Source: Octopus vulgaris
Taxonomy: Eukaryota
NCBI GenBank assembly: GCA_951406725.2
Contig: OX597828.1
Span: 46,314,001 to 46,378,000 of the forward strand
Direction: 5' to 3'
Length of the DNA: 64,000 bases
Each line of letters opens with the position of its first letter. Position 1 is the first letter of the stretch. A program made the translations under genes and the position numbers. The notes beneath the pieces were generated by a model. It saw only the letters and a list, made by a program, of their open reading frames with translations, was not told the origin of the DNA and searched no databases. Positions 14,995-28,167 of this stretch are shown in pieces.

Positions 14995-15805
14995 TTTTTT
15001 TGTTGCCCACAAGGGCTAAACATAGAGGGTACAAACAAGGACCGACAAAGGGATTAAGTCGACTACATCGACGCCAGTGCGTAACTGGTACTTATTTAAT
15101 CGACCCTGAAAGGATGAAAGGCAAAGTTGACCTCGGAATTTGAACTCAGAACGTAACGGCAGACGAAATACCTATTTCTTTACTACCCACAAGCGGCTAA
15201 ACACAGAGAGGACAAACAACGACAGACAAACGGATTAAGTCGATTATATCGACCCCAGTGCATGACTGGTACTTTTTAAATCGAACCCGAAAGGATGAAA
15301 GGCAAAGTCGGCCTCGGCGGAATTTGAGCTTAGAACGTAACGGCAGACGAAATACCGCTAAGCCTTTCGCCCGGCGTGCTAACGTTTCTTTTTTTTTATT
15401 GCCTACAAAGCGCTAAACATAGAGGGGACAAAGAGGGACAGAAAAAGTGGTTAAGTCGATTACATAAACCCTAGTGCATAACTGGTACTTAATTTATCGA
15501 ACCCGAAAGGATGAAAGGCAAAGTCTACCGCGGCGGAAATTGAACTTAGAAAGTTACCTCAGAAGAAATACCTATTTCTTTAATACCCACAAGGGGCTAA
15601 ACACAGAGGGGACAAACAAGGACAGACGAACGGATTAAGTCGATTACATCGACTCCAGTGCGTAACTGGTACTTAATTTATCGACCCCGAAAGGATGAAA
15701 GGCAATGTCGACCTCGGCGGAATTTGAAATCAGAACGTAACGACAGACAAAATACGGCTACGTATTTCGCCCGGCGTGCTAACGTTTCTGCCAGCTCGCC
15801 GCCCT
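14995..15805 (-). mobile_element. Tandem tetramer of SINE family B
   Basis: Four units (~14995-15171, 15172-15389, 15390-15572, 15573-15805), each with GAAAGGATGAAAGGCAA.GT..CC.CGG. Confidence 0.85.
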
Positions 15806-16244
15806 ATTATCACCATTACCACCACTATGAGTCTGTACTTAGACATATGAAGATAAATCCGATCCGGATAAGTTCAAGCAATCGTTTCTGGGATGTTCAG
15901 TTTCCATTGTCAACGTGTACTCCATGTTTAACTTCCTGAAAATTGTCTCAAATTCTTGTAGTAAAAGATTAAATGAAGAAAGTATATGATTGCAACAGGA
16001 AAAGAATCACGAAGCAAAAAACTACAAACAAATGCAAAGTAACAATATATACTATTAAAATGCAGATATTGCAGATTGCTGACTTCTTGCTAAAGCGAGC
16101 TGCGCACGCGCTTATACAATTAGGTTACAAGTTAGTTTATTTCCGGAGTACTTTACTTCCGGTGTATACAAATATATCATTATTTTCTTCTTAGAACTTT
16201 TAAGATTTTTTCTTGGTCTTTTCTTTGTTCCTGTGTTGTATGTC

Positions 16245-16285
<41 letters not shown>

Positions 16286-16964
16286 TGCTGCTACTGTTGG
16301 TGTGGTTTTTCATTTTGTAGTTTTTATTGATTTTTTTTATTGTGTTTTTTGTTTATTGTTGTTCCTCATGTTAAGGGTTTTGCTGACCTTGTTGTTGTTC
16401 CTGTTCCTACTTGCTTGTGGTTTAGTTCCAGTTTACCTTACATGAAAGAGACCTAATAAATGGCATCCATGTCGTAATCACCCCCATCTGTTCTTACCGT
16501 TCTTGATACCTTAAAGAGGTAATTAAGGGGCTTTTATTTACATTTTAAACAGGTCAAAACATCATTTACCGATTTCATCACCGACTCTCTGTTGCCGTTG
16601 TTAACTTGCCGTGTATTCCCATATACAAAGATTCAGGGAATACCTTACTGTTCTCCGAGAAGTGTGACAGAGTGGATGAGATGAAACAGAGAGTCTGGGA
16701 TTTATAGGAAGAGCTAGAATTTCATGCTTTATTCTTTTACTTGCTACGGACTTTTAACAGCTGCCATACTGGGCCACCGCCAAGAAGGGTTTAGACAAAC
16801 GAACTGACCCTGTTACTTATTTTTTCTAAACCTAGAACTTATTCTATCGTTCCGTTTTGAATGAACCGCTATGTTACGGGGATGTAAGCAATCCAAAGTG
16901 TGGTTGTCATTCAACAAAAGCACACGCAATCACTCACACGGTCTATTTCATATATGTAATATAT

Positions 16965-17323
16965 ATGATACAAAAAGGGACAAGAATACAAAACATGCAG
17001 ACAGTTAGGTGATACAAAAAGAGGGATAACAAAACATCCAGATAGACGATACAAAGAAAACAAGGACAGGTCATTTGGAGTTTTCTTTCTTCAGTAGAGT
17101 TCCAGACTATCTTTGCAATTTCGGCTGGTTATACTCGAGATTGCTCCAATCTGGCCAGCCCAAAGGAAAAATTAATCTAATAGCATTCGATTCCTTGGAA
17201 GAAAACAGCGAATATATACGAAAACAGGACATAACAACAGGTGTCTTTCGACTATGGACGAATTAAATTAAGCTGGCATGTGTGGAAATAAAGCCTTACG
17301 GCAGGGATACAAGATTTCACAGG

Positions 17324-17325
<2 letters not shown>
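16965..17325. repeat. Unclassified interspersed repeat next to (TA)n, possibly a PLE pseudo-LTR remnant
   Basis: Bounded by TA-rich tracts; contains nested hairpins GGCTGG/CCAGCC and AGATTG/CAATCT. Confidence 0.3.
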
Positions 17326-17366
<41 letters not shown>

Positions 17367-17401
17367 TATATACGACGATGTTGTTTCTGCTCTCGGGCAT
17401 A

Positions 17402-17462
<61 letters not shown>

Positions 17463-17733
17463 CTCTCTATCTCTCTATCTATCTATCCATCTGCCTATCT
17501 ATCTATATATACATACACTGGAACTGTGAAATTTTCTAAAACTTACCAGAGGTTTCTCATTTGAGAATATATGAACTTATCTAGACATGCAACTATATGC
17601 ATGAGAATACATACATAAAACAAAGCATAGTAATCTACGCATATGCGTAAATACTATGCCGATGTTTTTCAAATTCCAATGAAGGATCCCTGGATCTAGG
17701 TTAGAAAGCGACTCATTCTTTATTGGCAACACA

Positions 17734-18130
17734 TCTTTATATATAAAAGTGAAGTTGTGTGTCTGTCTCCTACGATTTTGATTCCTAACTACTCCCACAT
17801 TTTGCGGTGCAGTGTAACCAAAAGCGGGTATCTTATAGTCGTGATTCATATCGAGCCCTTCTGGGTATTAGCGCGCGTCTACGATGAGTCTACGATTTTA
17901 AAAATAATTTACCATCATTTTTTTCCATTTTAATGCATTTTTTCGCTATTATATAAGGGAAGTAACTCTCTAAAAATGTCTACGATGAGTCAACGATTTA
18001 AAAAAAATTAACATAATTTTTTTTCCATTTTTAATGCATTTTTTTTGCTATTTTTTGGCTATAACTCTCTAAAAATGCTTATATAGTTATTTCCCTTACA
18101 AACCCGAGCAACGCCGGGCGATACTGCTAG
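17734..18130 (+). mobile_element. Non-autonomous Helitron (~400 bp)
   Basis: 5' TC(TTTATATATAAAAG), subterminal hairpin CCCG-AGCAACGC-CGGG (18103-18118), 3' CTAG, inserted between host A and T with no TSD; internal ~100 bp tandem duplication. Confidence 0.88.
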
Positions 18131-18514
18131 TCTAGAAATAAAACTGAACGAAGACATGCATACATGCATGCATACACATACAAGTTAATACACAAACACA
18201 GCATGAAACGGAAGGACTAAAAGGGATTTGAATACTGTAAAGCCAAGCTGTAAGAGGAATGCAAAAATACATTCTCCTTCTATACTGTGGATGTAAAGAA
18301 AAACAAAAGCAGGATATCCTGTCTACTGGTTTTACGGTTTCATGACTGCAAATCACGGAAGACATACTGGATTTCCTTCAGCAAATAGTAAATAGCATTG
18401 AATATTTAACTTCAAAATATAACAATCATAAATTATGGTGCAATCGTAGTGGGTAGCTTAATTTGCGTATTTGTGATGTTTAATAGTTGTCAATAATTAA
18501 TTACAAAGTATACA

Positions 18515-18903
18515 GGAGGCGCAATGGCCCAGTGGTTAGGGCAGCGGACTCGCGGTCATAGGATCGTGGTTTCGATTCCCAGACCGGGCGTTGTGAGTGC
18601 TTATTGAGCGAAAACACCTAAAAGCTCCACGAGGCTCCGGCAGGGGATGGTGGTGATCCCTGCTGTACTCTTTCATCACAACTTTCTCTCACTCTTACTT
18701 CCTGTTTCTGTTGTACCTGTATTTCAAGGGGGCCGGCCTTGTCACTGTCTGTATCACGCTGAATATCCCCGAGAACTACGTTAAGGGTACACGTGTCTGT
18801 GGAGTGCTCAGCCACTTACACGTTAATTTCACGAGCAGGCTGTTCCGTTGATTCGGATCAACCGGAACCCTCATCGTCGTAACCGACGGAGTGCTTCCAT
18901 TCC
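18515..18903 (+). mobile_element. tRNA-derived SINE head C plus tail type 1, full length
   Basis: GGAGGCGCAATGGCCCAGTGGTTAGGGCAGCGGACTCGCGG..GGTTTCGATTCCC; near-perfect 12 bp TSD ACA(A/C)AGTATACA (18503-18514, 18904-18915). Confidence 0.9.
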
Positions 18904-19191
18904 ACACAGTATACATTTTATGCGCGTCTGTGGAAGGAGAGAAATAATTCTGAACATTAGAAAAACAATCTGTGAGAGAAATAAGAATGTAAATATTTGC
19001 GGAAAAGAGTGAGATGCGGTTTCTCTGAGCGAAGATAAAATTATAGCGAAACGGTCCGTCTGGAGATTAACACTTATTAAATGTTTGTATATTAGAAGTT
19101 AGTATTCTGAGCGTAATTAGAAATCAACGGATTCTATGCACTGTCAAAAGACTGTAGCTCATCGAGAGACTCTCGGCATATTATTACACAC

Positions 19192-19707
19192 TATCATGGA
19201 CATTATTTTGTCTTGGTATAAAAAGATGGGCTACAGCAAATATTCCGCTCAATACCGTTGATTTGCCTGTCAGTTGTTTGAACTAAACCAGTTGAGCATC
19301 TCCCAAAGTGGCTAAGATACGTGCATCTCTGATCACGAACAGAATTAGTGGGAGAGCATCATAGTCATGTGCTGAGTGGAATTGTTTGGGATTTCAATGA
19401 TTCACCTCTGGAAACAGGGGTGTTGCGTTCAACATCCTTAAACAACCCTTATTCCGTGATCGTTTTAGCGGGGATGAGCTACAGTCTTTTGACAGTGTAT
19501 ACTCAACCAGAAAAAATATTCTACCTGGGCCCTACCTGTGACAACATGCACAGTTTATCTTGATATAACATTACCATATCGGGCACATATGGTTGTGATG
19601 CATGTGCCTAGTGTACTCTTATCAGATGGGTAGTCATGATGGGTAAACTGGGCTTCGTATATTTTACGCTAGAGTCACTTTGATGGCATGCGTTGCTCTC
19701 TCACTCA
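19192..19707 (+). mobile_element. TAA-associated repeat G, 5'-truncated
   Basis: Ends TGCTCTCTCACTCA followed by (CAA)/(TAA)n. Confidence 0.85.
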
Positions 19708-19749
19708 ACAACAACAATAATAATAATGATAATAATAATAATAATAATG

Positions 19750-19805
<56 letters not shown>

Positions 19806-20105
19806 TACAATATCAACAATAATATATTATTATTTTTATTATGATTATTATCTTTATTAATACAATAAGTAAAAGGTACAAAATGAGCCGGGAGCCAAGA
19901 GTTTTGTATGTACTAATGTATATATATATATATATATATATACATACATACGCACATGCATACTTACACACAGACACAGACACATACACACACGCACATA
20001 CACATATATAATTGCAGCATGGAACCTGTTTATAAGCCAATTAAAACACACAAAGACCGTTCGATTATATATACATACAAATATATATATATATATATAT
20101 GTGTG

Positions 20106-20175
<70 letters not shown>

Positions 20176-20181
<6 letters not shown>

Positions 20182-20400
20182 TAATCCAATCAAGGAAACA
20201 CAAAAAAACAAAAAAACACAGCAACGCGAGGACGTGGAAGAAATAAAGTATTATTGGACGCTCAGGAAAGAAGGGAAGGAGGAGGGTTTAACGTTTCGAA
20301 CGGAGCTCTTCGTCGGAAACATAGGAGAAGGAAAGATCCCGAGAAGGGAAGACAGAGGAAAAAAATCGCCAGCGGTACTCACGAGGTCACATATTGAAAA
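20176..20400 (-). mobile_element. PLE-type pseudo-LTR fragment in (TA)n with a minimal hammerhead-like motif
   Basis: Minus strand 20319-20287: TTT-CCGACGAA-GAGC-TCC-GTTC-GAAACGTT-AAA; TA tracts on both sides. Confidence 0.55.
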
Positions 20401-20401
20401 C

Positions 20402-20441
<40 letters not shown>

Positions 20442-21761
20442 GCATATTACCTGCATTTATTTAACTGTTTCCTTAGATTGTTGTTTGCTTTGTATCTTCT
20501 TTTTCCTTGGCATAAATTGTGTTAAAGATATATTTGATTTCTGTTTTTTTCCATCACGACATTCCTTCTTTCATCCAGCCCTACCAGCCCTATCATCACC
20601 ATCACCACAACCACTACGACCACCATTTTACTACCATGACTTCTGCCACCGATACTGCCATCATAATCGTAAACGTTGAGCCGGAACTAGATTTCTTCCA
20701 CCTAAAAAATAAAATGTGGAAAACTTAAATAAGAAATGAAAGGAAATTATAAGAAAAAAGTGTTAAAAAGGTAAAAAGGAAACGAAAAGAAAGTAGGAAA
20801 ACAGAAAAAGAAATAATAATAAAAAAAAGTAATAAGTAGGCAAAAATAGACAGCCAGCCAGCCAGCCAACCAGCCAGCCAGCCAGCCAACCAGCCAGCCA
20901 GCCAGCTATCCAACTAGGTAGTCAGACTGACAGAGTGGCATAGAGGCAGACATATTGACAAGTAGACAGACAGTCAGACAGACGGAAGGAAAATGGAATT
21001 TGGAAGCGTGACTTGATGAGGAAATAATACAGTGTACAGAATTCTTCTAAGAAGATTATTTTAATAAGAGAGGTCACTGCTGTAATACCAGCTAAAACAG
21101 ACACGATGGCGGCCAAGAATAGCGTTATGACGAGATATCTGTTTTTCTTCTTTTTTTTCTTCTCCTCTTCCTAATACTTTTTATTCCTTTTTTCTTTTCA
21201 GTACTTCTCATTGTCCACCTCACCTCCCCTTTAACCTCGTCCTCTCCGCTCCCTTCATCCTCTATCCACTCTCCTTCCATCACCCTCCATCTTCCTCATC
21301 TTAAGTACTCATTAAGTACCATTTGGGTTTATAATATCGACTTAAATTTTCCCGTAAAATTGCTGACCTTGTGCCAAAATTTGAAATCATCATTGTTATT
21401 ATTCAAATTCTACTGCGATTTGGCCTTGCCTTTCATCCTCTCGGGGTCAAAAAAGTAGCAGTTACATCTTCTGACAGTCCTTCCAGTGCAAAAGGCTGAT
21501 ATAATGATAATAATCCTCTTATTATAGGCACCAGGGCTGAAATCTTTGGGGAGGAGGATAATCGATTACATCGATGCAGTGATCAACTTATTTCATCGAT
21601 GACGAAGTGATGACAGGCAAAGTCCATCTTAGTGGAATTTGAACTCAGAATGCATTGACAGCCGAAATGCGATTCAGCATTTCCCCCGATATGCTAACAA
21701 TTCTGCCAGCTCGTCACCTTAATGATAATAACAATCAGGATAATCACTTTTGCTATGGGCA

Positions 21762-21923
21762 CCCATGGAAATATGGGTGTTTCGTTCAACATCCTTAAAC
21801 AACCTTTATTCAGGGACCTTTTGAGCTGGATGGGTTACTCGACCAGAAGAAAATTCTAATTGGGCTCCACCTGCAAGGTCATGTGTTGTTTATCTTGATA
21901 TGAGATCACCATGTCGCACACAT
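21762..21923 (+). mobile_element. Internal fragment of repeat G
   Basis: TGGAAA.ATGGGTGTTTCGTTCAACATCCTTAAAC..GAGATCACCATGTCGC. Confidence 0.75.
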
Positions 21924-22000
21924 GTCGGAAGTTCATTTGGAAATGCAACATCTTCAACCAACATCTTCATTTTTCTTGTGACTATTTCTCAGGCTTTCAT

Positions 22001-22335
22001 GAAAGCGCATGGCTCAGTGGTTAGAGCGTCGAGCTTACGATCGTGAGGTTGTGAGCTCGAATCCCGGACCGGGCAGCGTGTTGTGTTCTTGAGCAAGACA
22101 CTTTATTTCACGTTGCGCCAGTTCACTCAGCTGTAGAAATGAGTTGCGACGCCACGAGTGCCAAGCTGTATCGGCCCCTTTGCCTTTCCCTTGGATAACA
22201 CTGGTGGCGTGGAGAGTGGAGGCCGGTATGCATGGGCGACTGCTGGTCTTCCATAAACCACCTTGCCCAGACTTGTGACTAGGAGGGTAACATTCTAGGT
22301 GCAATCCCATGGTCAGTGTCGTGACCGAAGGGGTC
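22001..22335 (+). mobile_element. SINE: CORE-like head D plus tail type 4
   Basis: GCGCATGGCTCAGTGGTTAGAGCG..TCGAATCCC..GTTCTTGAGCAAGACACTT; near-identical to 29328-29648. Confidence 0.85.
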
Positions 22336-22926
22336 CCGGATCCCGGATTTCTCGAGCTGATCATTGCAATTTGGATAATGCTACCTTTATGGAAATTGCA
22401 GATTCATTGAAGTTCATATTTTAGATCCTCCTATTTTTTTCCATTTCCTCATGTTCTTCTTTCTATCATACTTGTTTCAAACATTATTTTCTTTCTTTAT
22501 TGGGTACATTTCTACCTGGACGTTAATATGCTACATACCTGTCCGTTTGAAATTTCATATCTCATAATACCTTTACATAGACAATTTCAAGGATATCTTC
22601 TGCTTTGACAGATCTTACATTTTTGTCATATGTTATTACATATTTGCCAATATATGATTTTACGCAAAGCTATTATATGATGCTATTCTACAATATTATT
22701 ACATATTTCCATTATTCATACCACGAGATGACGAAGAATGTGTCCAGAAAACTTAACTCGCAGCTCCAATAGAATAGATAGAATAGATTTATGGGCCTGC
22801 TCTGCCCACGTGATAATTCTAATTTCTGCTTTAGACTCTCTGAGCAAACATGTTACACCCAGAGACTGGTTATGTGCGCAACCATCTGTTCCCTTTCAGT
22901 TCAGAATCATCTCTGTCATTTTTTTC

Positions 22927-23311
22927 TGTGTAGTAAGTAGCTTGCTTACCAACCACATGGTTCCGGGTTCAGTCCCACTGTGGAACCTTGGGCAAGTGTC
23001 TTCTACTATAGCCTCGGGCCGACCAAAGCCTTGTGAGTGGATTTGGTAGACGGAAACTGAAAGAAGCCCGTCGTATATATGTATATATATGTGTGTGTGT
23101 GTGTGTGTACACGTTTGTGTCCCCCCCCAACATCGCTTGACAACCTATGCTGGTGTGTTACGTCCCCGTAACCTAGCGGTTCGGCAAAGTGACCGACAGA
23201 ATAAATACTAGGCTTACAAAAAATAAGTCCTGGGGTCGATTTGCTCGACTAAAGGCGGTGCTCCAGCATGGCCACAGTCAAATGACTGAACCAAGTAAAA
23301 GAGTAAAAGAG
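22927..23311 (+). mobile_element. SINE family A
   Basis: Same sequence as the other family A copies; GTAAAAGA tail. Confidence 0.9.
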
Positions 23312-24254
23312 TATATGTTGCTCTAACTGGTTTATCTTGCACATCAAGAATCTGACCCCTGTCTCTTTTTTTTGAACACTCGATACACTTCAAAACTTTT
23401 TCTGAAAAAACATTCGTTCTGTACATTTGTTCCCACATCGTTTTTCTAGCTCATATTATTTACTTAACTTCTACTATTCTTATCCAACATCGTTTATGTC
23501 CTTTCTTCTTACTTCTATCAAAATCGCTCATGTCGTGGTGTATTATTGTGATTTGTGTTACGGTTGCTTTTGCATACTGCTTTATCATCCCTGACCGAGC
23601 AGAACTTTGCTCAAATCATTCCACCCACGACAATCTAGCTAAGTGTTCAGGCAGTAAATCGAAGATCACACTTTTCATCACTTCGTGATATTTGCAGTGT
23701 TATGATGATATGAATAATGGAAATATGTAATAATATTGTAGAATAGCAGCATATCATATAGCTTTGCGTAAAAATATCAATATTTAACAATAGCCGATAT
23801 AAACTTTAGTTGATTGATATCTCCAGTATCGCCTTATATCATATAGAAAGATGGCGAGAGATTAAAAGACAGATACAGAGAACGTTAGCGTAAGAGAGGC
23901 AGTATGGATATTATTGTAATTGATAACATATTTATTGCAAATATTCAAATCCGAAATTTGTTTTATTCAATTTTAAAGGTAATATTTTCGCTTGAAAATT
24001 ACTATTCATTTCTTCATTTTTATTAAGCCCCAAGAAATTTGATAAATTTAAAATTGTAATTATTGTATTATGCTATATATCCTGATATCATCCATGATGG
24101 AAAAAGTATAGTTCCAAAGTTACTCGCCATATGACATATATCACCAGTTATATTTTTATATAGTGTTATAACATTATGCTTTAGTATCATCATATTACAG
24201 CAATGTATTATAGGAAAGCAATATAGTATAGTGTTATATTATGCTATGTTTGCT

Positions 24255-24800
24255 AGAAAAGTCACTAAGGACAAATATAGGCACAAAAGTCTTGCACTTA
24301 TTAGATAATCGCTTTTCTAGCAGCCATGGGTATAGAGTACTATTTAATAGGCACACGGTAAAAATCATATGTTCATGCCCAGCTCCTTAGTAAAGGTATA
24401 TTTCAGTAAGATAATGATGATTCAGACCTATCTAGTATACACATGCAGAGATAAATCAGAATATATTCAAAGGCAGGCATTTGAGATAACCTCTGTTGTT
24501 TATGAGACACAGATATCAGTAAAATATGGCAATGGCCAGACAGAGACCAAGCTTTGTGCAAGTAAAATTTAAATCCAAATACAACTATTTTCATCTTTTA
24601 GACGCCAGAAGAGATACGCAACAACCTTCACAGCATTAATCTGGAAAGTCAATGAAGAGAACGTCAGATAAAAACATTAAATGGAAGTTCTTCCAAGATC
24701 AAACGTTATATTAACAGGTCAACAGAACTTCCAGTGACTGTGAAAATATCAGGAGCGAGATTTCATCTTGAAATCCACATTTTATAAAGCACATCTTAGC
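24255..24800 (+). pseudogene. Decayed Penelope-like element ORF: linker plus GIY-YIG endonuclease
   Basis: TNIGTKVLHLLDNRFSSSHGYRVLFNRHTVKIICSC..CRDK..SVVYETQ..YGNG..FKSKYN..SSFRRQKRYATTFTALIWKV..NIKWKF; aligns by eye with the endonuclease fragment at 50217-50501. Confidence 0.7.
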
Positions 24801-25078
24801 AGAAATTAAGCATAAACCATCGGACACATATTAAAGCATTCCAGTTTTGGTTTATGTAATTTTTGATATATCACTGGCTATATTTACTGTTAAGTTACTT
24901 ATCTCTTCTGTCTTTTTTTTCTCTCTCTCCCTCTCGCTTTCAAAATCCGCCTACTCCTTCAAACGTCGATTGTACTGAACGCAGCACGAAACCATTTTGT
25001 TGATTTTAACAGTTTGGCAAGCGGCGAAATTAATATTTCGGCCAAGAAAACGTTGCTGGCTGTATTTCACAAGGCTTG

Positions 25079-25500
25079 TTACTCTTTACTCTTTTACTCT
25101 TTTCCTTGTTTCAGTCATTTGACTGCGGCCATGCTGGAGCACCGCCTTTAGTCGAGCAAATCGACCCCGGGACTTATTCTTTGTAAGCCCAGTACTTATT
25201 TTATCGGTCTCTTTTTGCCGAACCGCTAAGTGACGGAGACATAAACACACCAGCATCGGTTGTCAAGCAATGCTAGGGGGACAAACACAGACACACAAAT
25301 ATACACACACATACATATATATATATACATATATCCGACAGGCTTCTTTTAGTTTCCGTCTACCAAATCCACTCACAAGGCATTGGTCGGCCCGAGGCTA
25401 TAGCAGAAGACACTTGCCCAACATGCCACGCAGTGGGACTGAGCCCGAAACCATGTGGTTGGTAAGCAAGCTACTTACCACACAGCCACTCCTGCGCCTA
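25079..25500 (-). mobile_element. SINE family A, full length
   Basis: Head through GTAAAAGA tail. Confidence 0.9.
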
Positions 25501-26435
25501 TATATATTGTTGTATATTTAATTTTAATAAATATAGATTGCGATGCGATTTTTATTGATATATATGTACATACATAGGTCCTTTTGTCAAATAAAGGATT
25601 ATTATGAATAAATTTATTATTTTTTATGAATTGCCATGCCTAGATACTCCAAAATGTAGGAATATCTCGACTCCAGAATCTCAGCTTTCAATATACCTTC
25701 ATTCTGTGTATTTAGTTCTTTTTTCTTTTCTCTCTGCCTTCCTTTCTTATTCTCTCTCCTCTTTCATTCTCTCTCCTTCTTTCTCTCTCTCTCTCTCTCT
25801 CTCTCCCTTTCTCTCCCTCCATCCCTACCCCGATCACTACTTCTATAACATACCATCCGACGAAGGATGCGGATATGAAGAAAGGAAATATGCAAAGAAG
25901 AAAATCGTTCCTAATTCTGTTTAATTGCGATATGTAATTTACTAATTCCTGGAAGACGTCGATTACAAGACAAACGTTTTTCATGGCAAAATTGCTTACA
26001 CAAGCAAGGCACCCAGACAAACAACAAAGACGCCGCCATCACATTCCGTTTGATTGTCGTTCTCGTGTTTTTTAGATTTTTATTATTATTTTTTTTTTTT
26101 GGGTTTTGCTTTTTTCATTTCATATTTTTTTTATGGTGGTGGAGTGTCGGCGGTGCTTATTCGGGAGCAGGAGAAATAGAAGGAGGACGTTGAGGATGTC
26201 GAAGATAAGGAGTGAAGAAAATGACTTTAATAAAGGATAATAATGATGATCGCAAAAATCATAATCGTAATCGTGATAAGGATCTAGATTTATGAAGATG
26301 AGGATTTATGGAGACGGGGGAAGCTAATCTCGTCTGGAAGCTGGTGGTAATGATGATGATTGTTGTGATGATGCTTTAGCTGCTATGGTGCTGGTGCATT
26401 TAGTGGTGTGGCAACAGTAACTTTTTTTCAACTCT

Positions 26436-27240
26436 AGTGGTGGTGGTGGTGATGGTGGTGGTGATGGTGGTGGTGTTGGTGGTGGTGGTTGTGGTGGTGA
26501 TGGTGGTGATGGTGGTGATGGTGGTGATGGTGGTGGTGACGGTGTTGGTGGTGGTGATGGTGATGGTGATGGTGGTGGTGATGGTGGTGGTGGTGGCGTT
26601 GGTAGTGGTGATGGTGCTGGTGGTGGTGATGGTGGTGGTGTTGTTGTTGTTGCTGTTGTTGTTGTTGTTGGTGGTGGTGGTGGAGATGGTGGTGGTGGCG
26701 GTGGTGGTTGTGATGGTGGTGGTGGTAGTGGTGGTGGTGATGGTAGTGGTATTGGTGCTGGTGGTGGTGATGGTGGTGGTGTTGCTGGTGGTGGTGGTGG
26801 TGGTTTTGGTGGTGCTGGTGCTGGTGGTGACGGAGACAGCAGTAGTAATAGTAGTAATAGTAGTGCCCTGGTGATTCTGGTGATTGTATTATTGATGATA
26901 CTGAAGGCAGTATAGGTTGTTGTTGTAGTAGTGGTGCAACAACCAATGCTGCAGTTTCAATGGAGTAATTTATTGTGGTTGTTGTTGATGGTATTGACAG
27001 TGGTTATATCTGTCGTGGTTTGGGTAGTAGCAATGGCGGCGATAGTGGAAATGGTTTTTGCTGTGGTAGTGGTGGTGGTGGTTGTGGTGGTGGTGGTGGC
27101 GGCGGCGGCGACGGCGGTGGTGGGGGTATATATTAGGATGGTAGTGTGAGGTGGTGGCGTTGATGGTGATGGTGTTGGTGGTTTTGATGATATTGGTTGT
27201 AATGGTAGTTTCGATGGAGGAAGAGCTTGTAGTGGTGTTG
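26436..27240. repeat. Degenerate (GGT)n/(GAT)n triplet tract
   Basis: Directly visible. Confidence 0.9.
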
Positions 27241-27278
27241 GCGATGGTAGTGTTAACCATTTATTATATAGCACACAT

Positions 27279-27673
27279 GTGGAGGCGCGATGGCCCAGTG
27301 GTTAGGGCAGCGGACTCGCAGTCATAGGATCACGGTTTCGATTCCCAGACCGGGCGTTGTGAGTGTTTATTGATCGAAGACACCTAAAGTTCCACGAAGC
27401 TCGGGCAGGGGATGGTGGCGAACACTGCTGTACTCTTTCACCACAACTTTCTCTCACACTATCTACCTATTTCTTCTGTTACACCTGTATTTCAAAGGGC
27501 CAGCCTTGTCACAATCTGTGTCACGCTGAATCTCCCCGAGAACTACGTATCTAAGGTTACACGTGTCTGTGGAATGCTCAGCCACTTGCACGTTAATTTC
27601 ACGAGCTGGCTGTTCGGCTGATCGAATCAACTGGAACCCTCGTCGTCGTAACCGACGGAGAGCCAACAAAAAC
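27279..27673 (+). mobile_element. SINE head C plus tail type 1, full length
   Basis: Perfect 13 bp TSD ATATAGCACACAT (27266-27278, 27674-27686); homologous to 18515-18903. Confidence 0.92.
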
Positions 27674-28167
27674 ATATAGCACACATAATTCCTCACGCGG
27701 TTTCAGGACCGCTCCAACTGGGACTTCCCTAACTTCATTAAAAACACCACTCCATTGCAAAGATTACAAGTTACGTCTCCGGTTCAAGAATAGTTCCTTC
27801 CTATTACTAGTCAAAGAACCACTAAAAACTATCATCTGCACCGTTTTATCACATTAAACAATTAGAAAAATGGTGTGTTGTCTCCGTATGTGACCCTGAT
27901 TCCTCGTTGGTTCCTTGTTTGTTTGCTTGATTTGATGTCAAAAGTCGGTGGACAGTTTCAAGGGTAGGCCAAGGCAATTTAGCTTTGAAGCTATGCGTGG
28001 GTGGATCTTAATCGCCTGTCCACGTGACCTTATCTTATTCACTGTCTTCTATATTGTTCCTGTTATTCATATTTCCGTCCAAATCTCAAACACATAATAA
28101 TTCTCTCTCTTGTTTCATCTTTATTTTTCTCTCTCTTTATTTCCGCTGCAACACAAAATCGTCCCAC

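Noticed and set aside
14407-15805. Regularly spaced repeats superficially like a CRISPR array
   Set aside because: No unique spacers, no cas genes, eukaryotic context; a minisatellite and a SINE multimer
17110-17172. Hammerhead-shaped scaffold on the minus strand (GGCTGG/CCAGCC stem followed by GAAA)
   Set aside because: No CUGANGA core
18515-18590. tRNA-like sequence (also at 22001, 27279, 56353, 58800)
   Set aside because: Continues into SINE body and tail, with TSDs in some copies; SINE heads rather than tRNA genes
25270-25521. Recurrent peptides such as [30 protein letters not shown] and [12 protein letters not shown]
   Set aside because: Antisense translations of SINE family A
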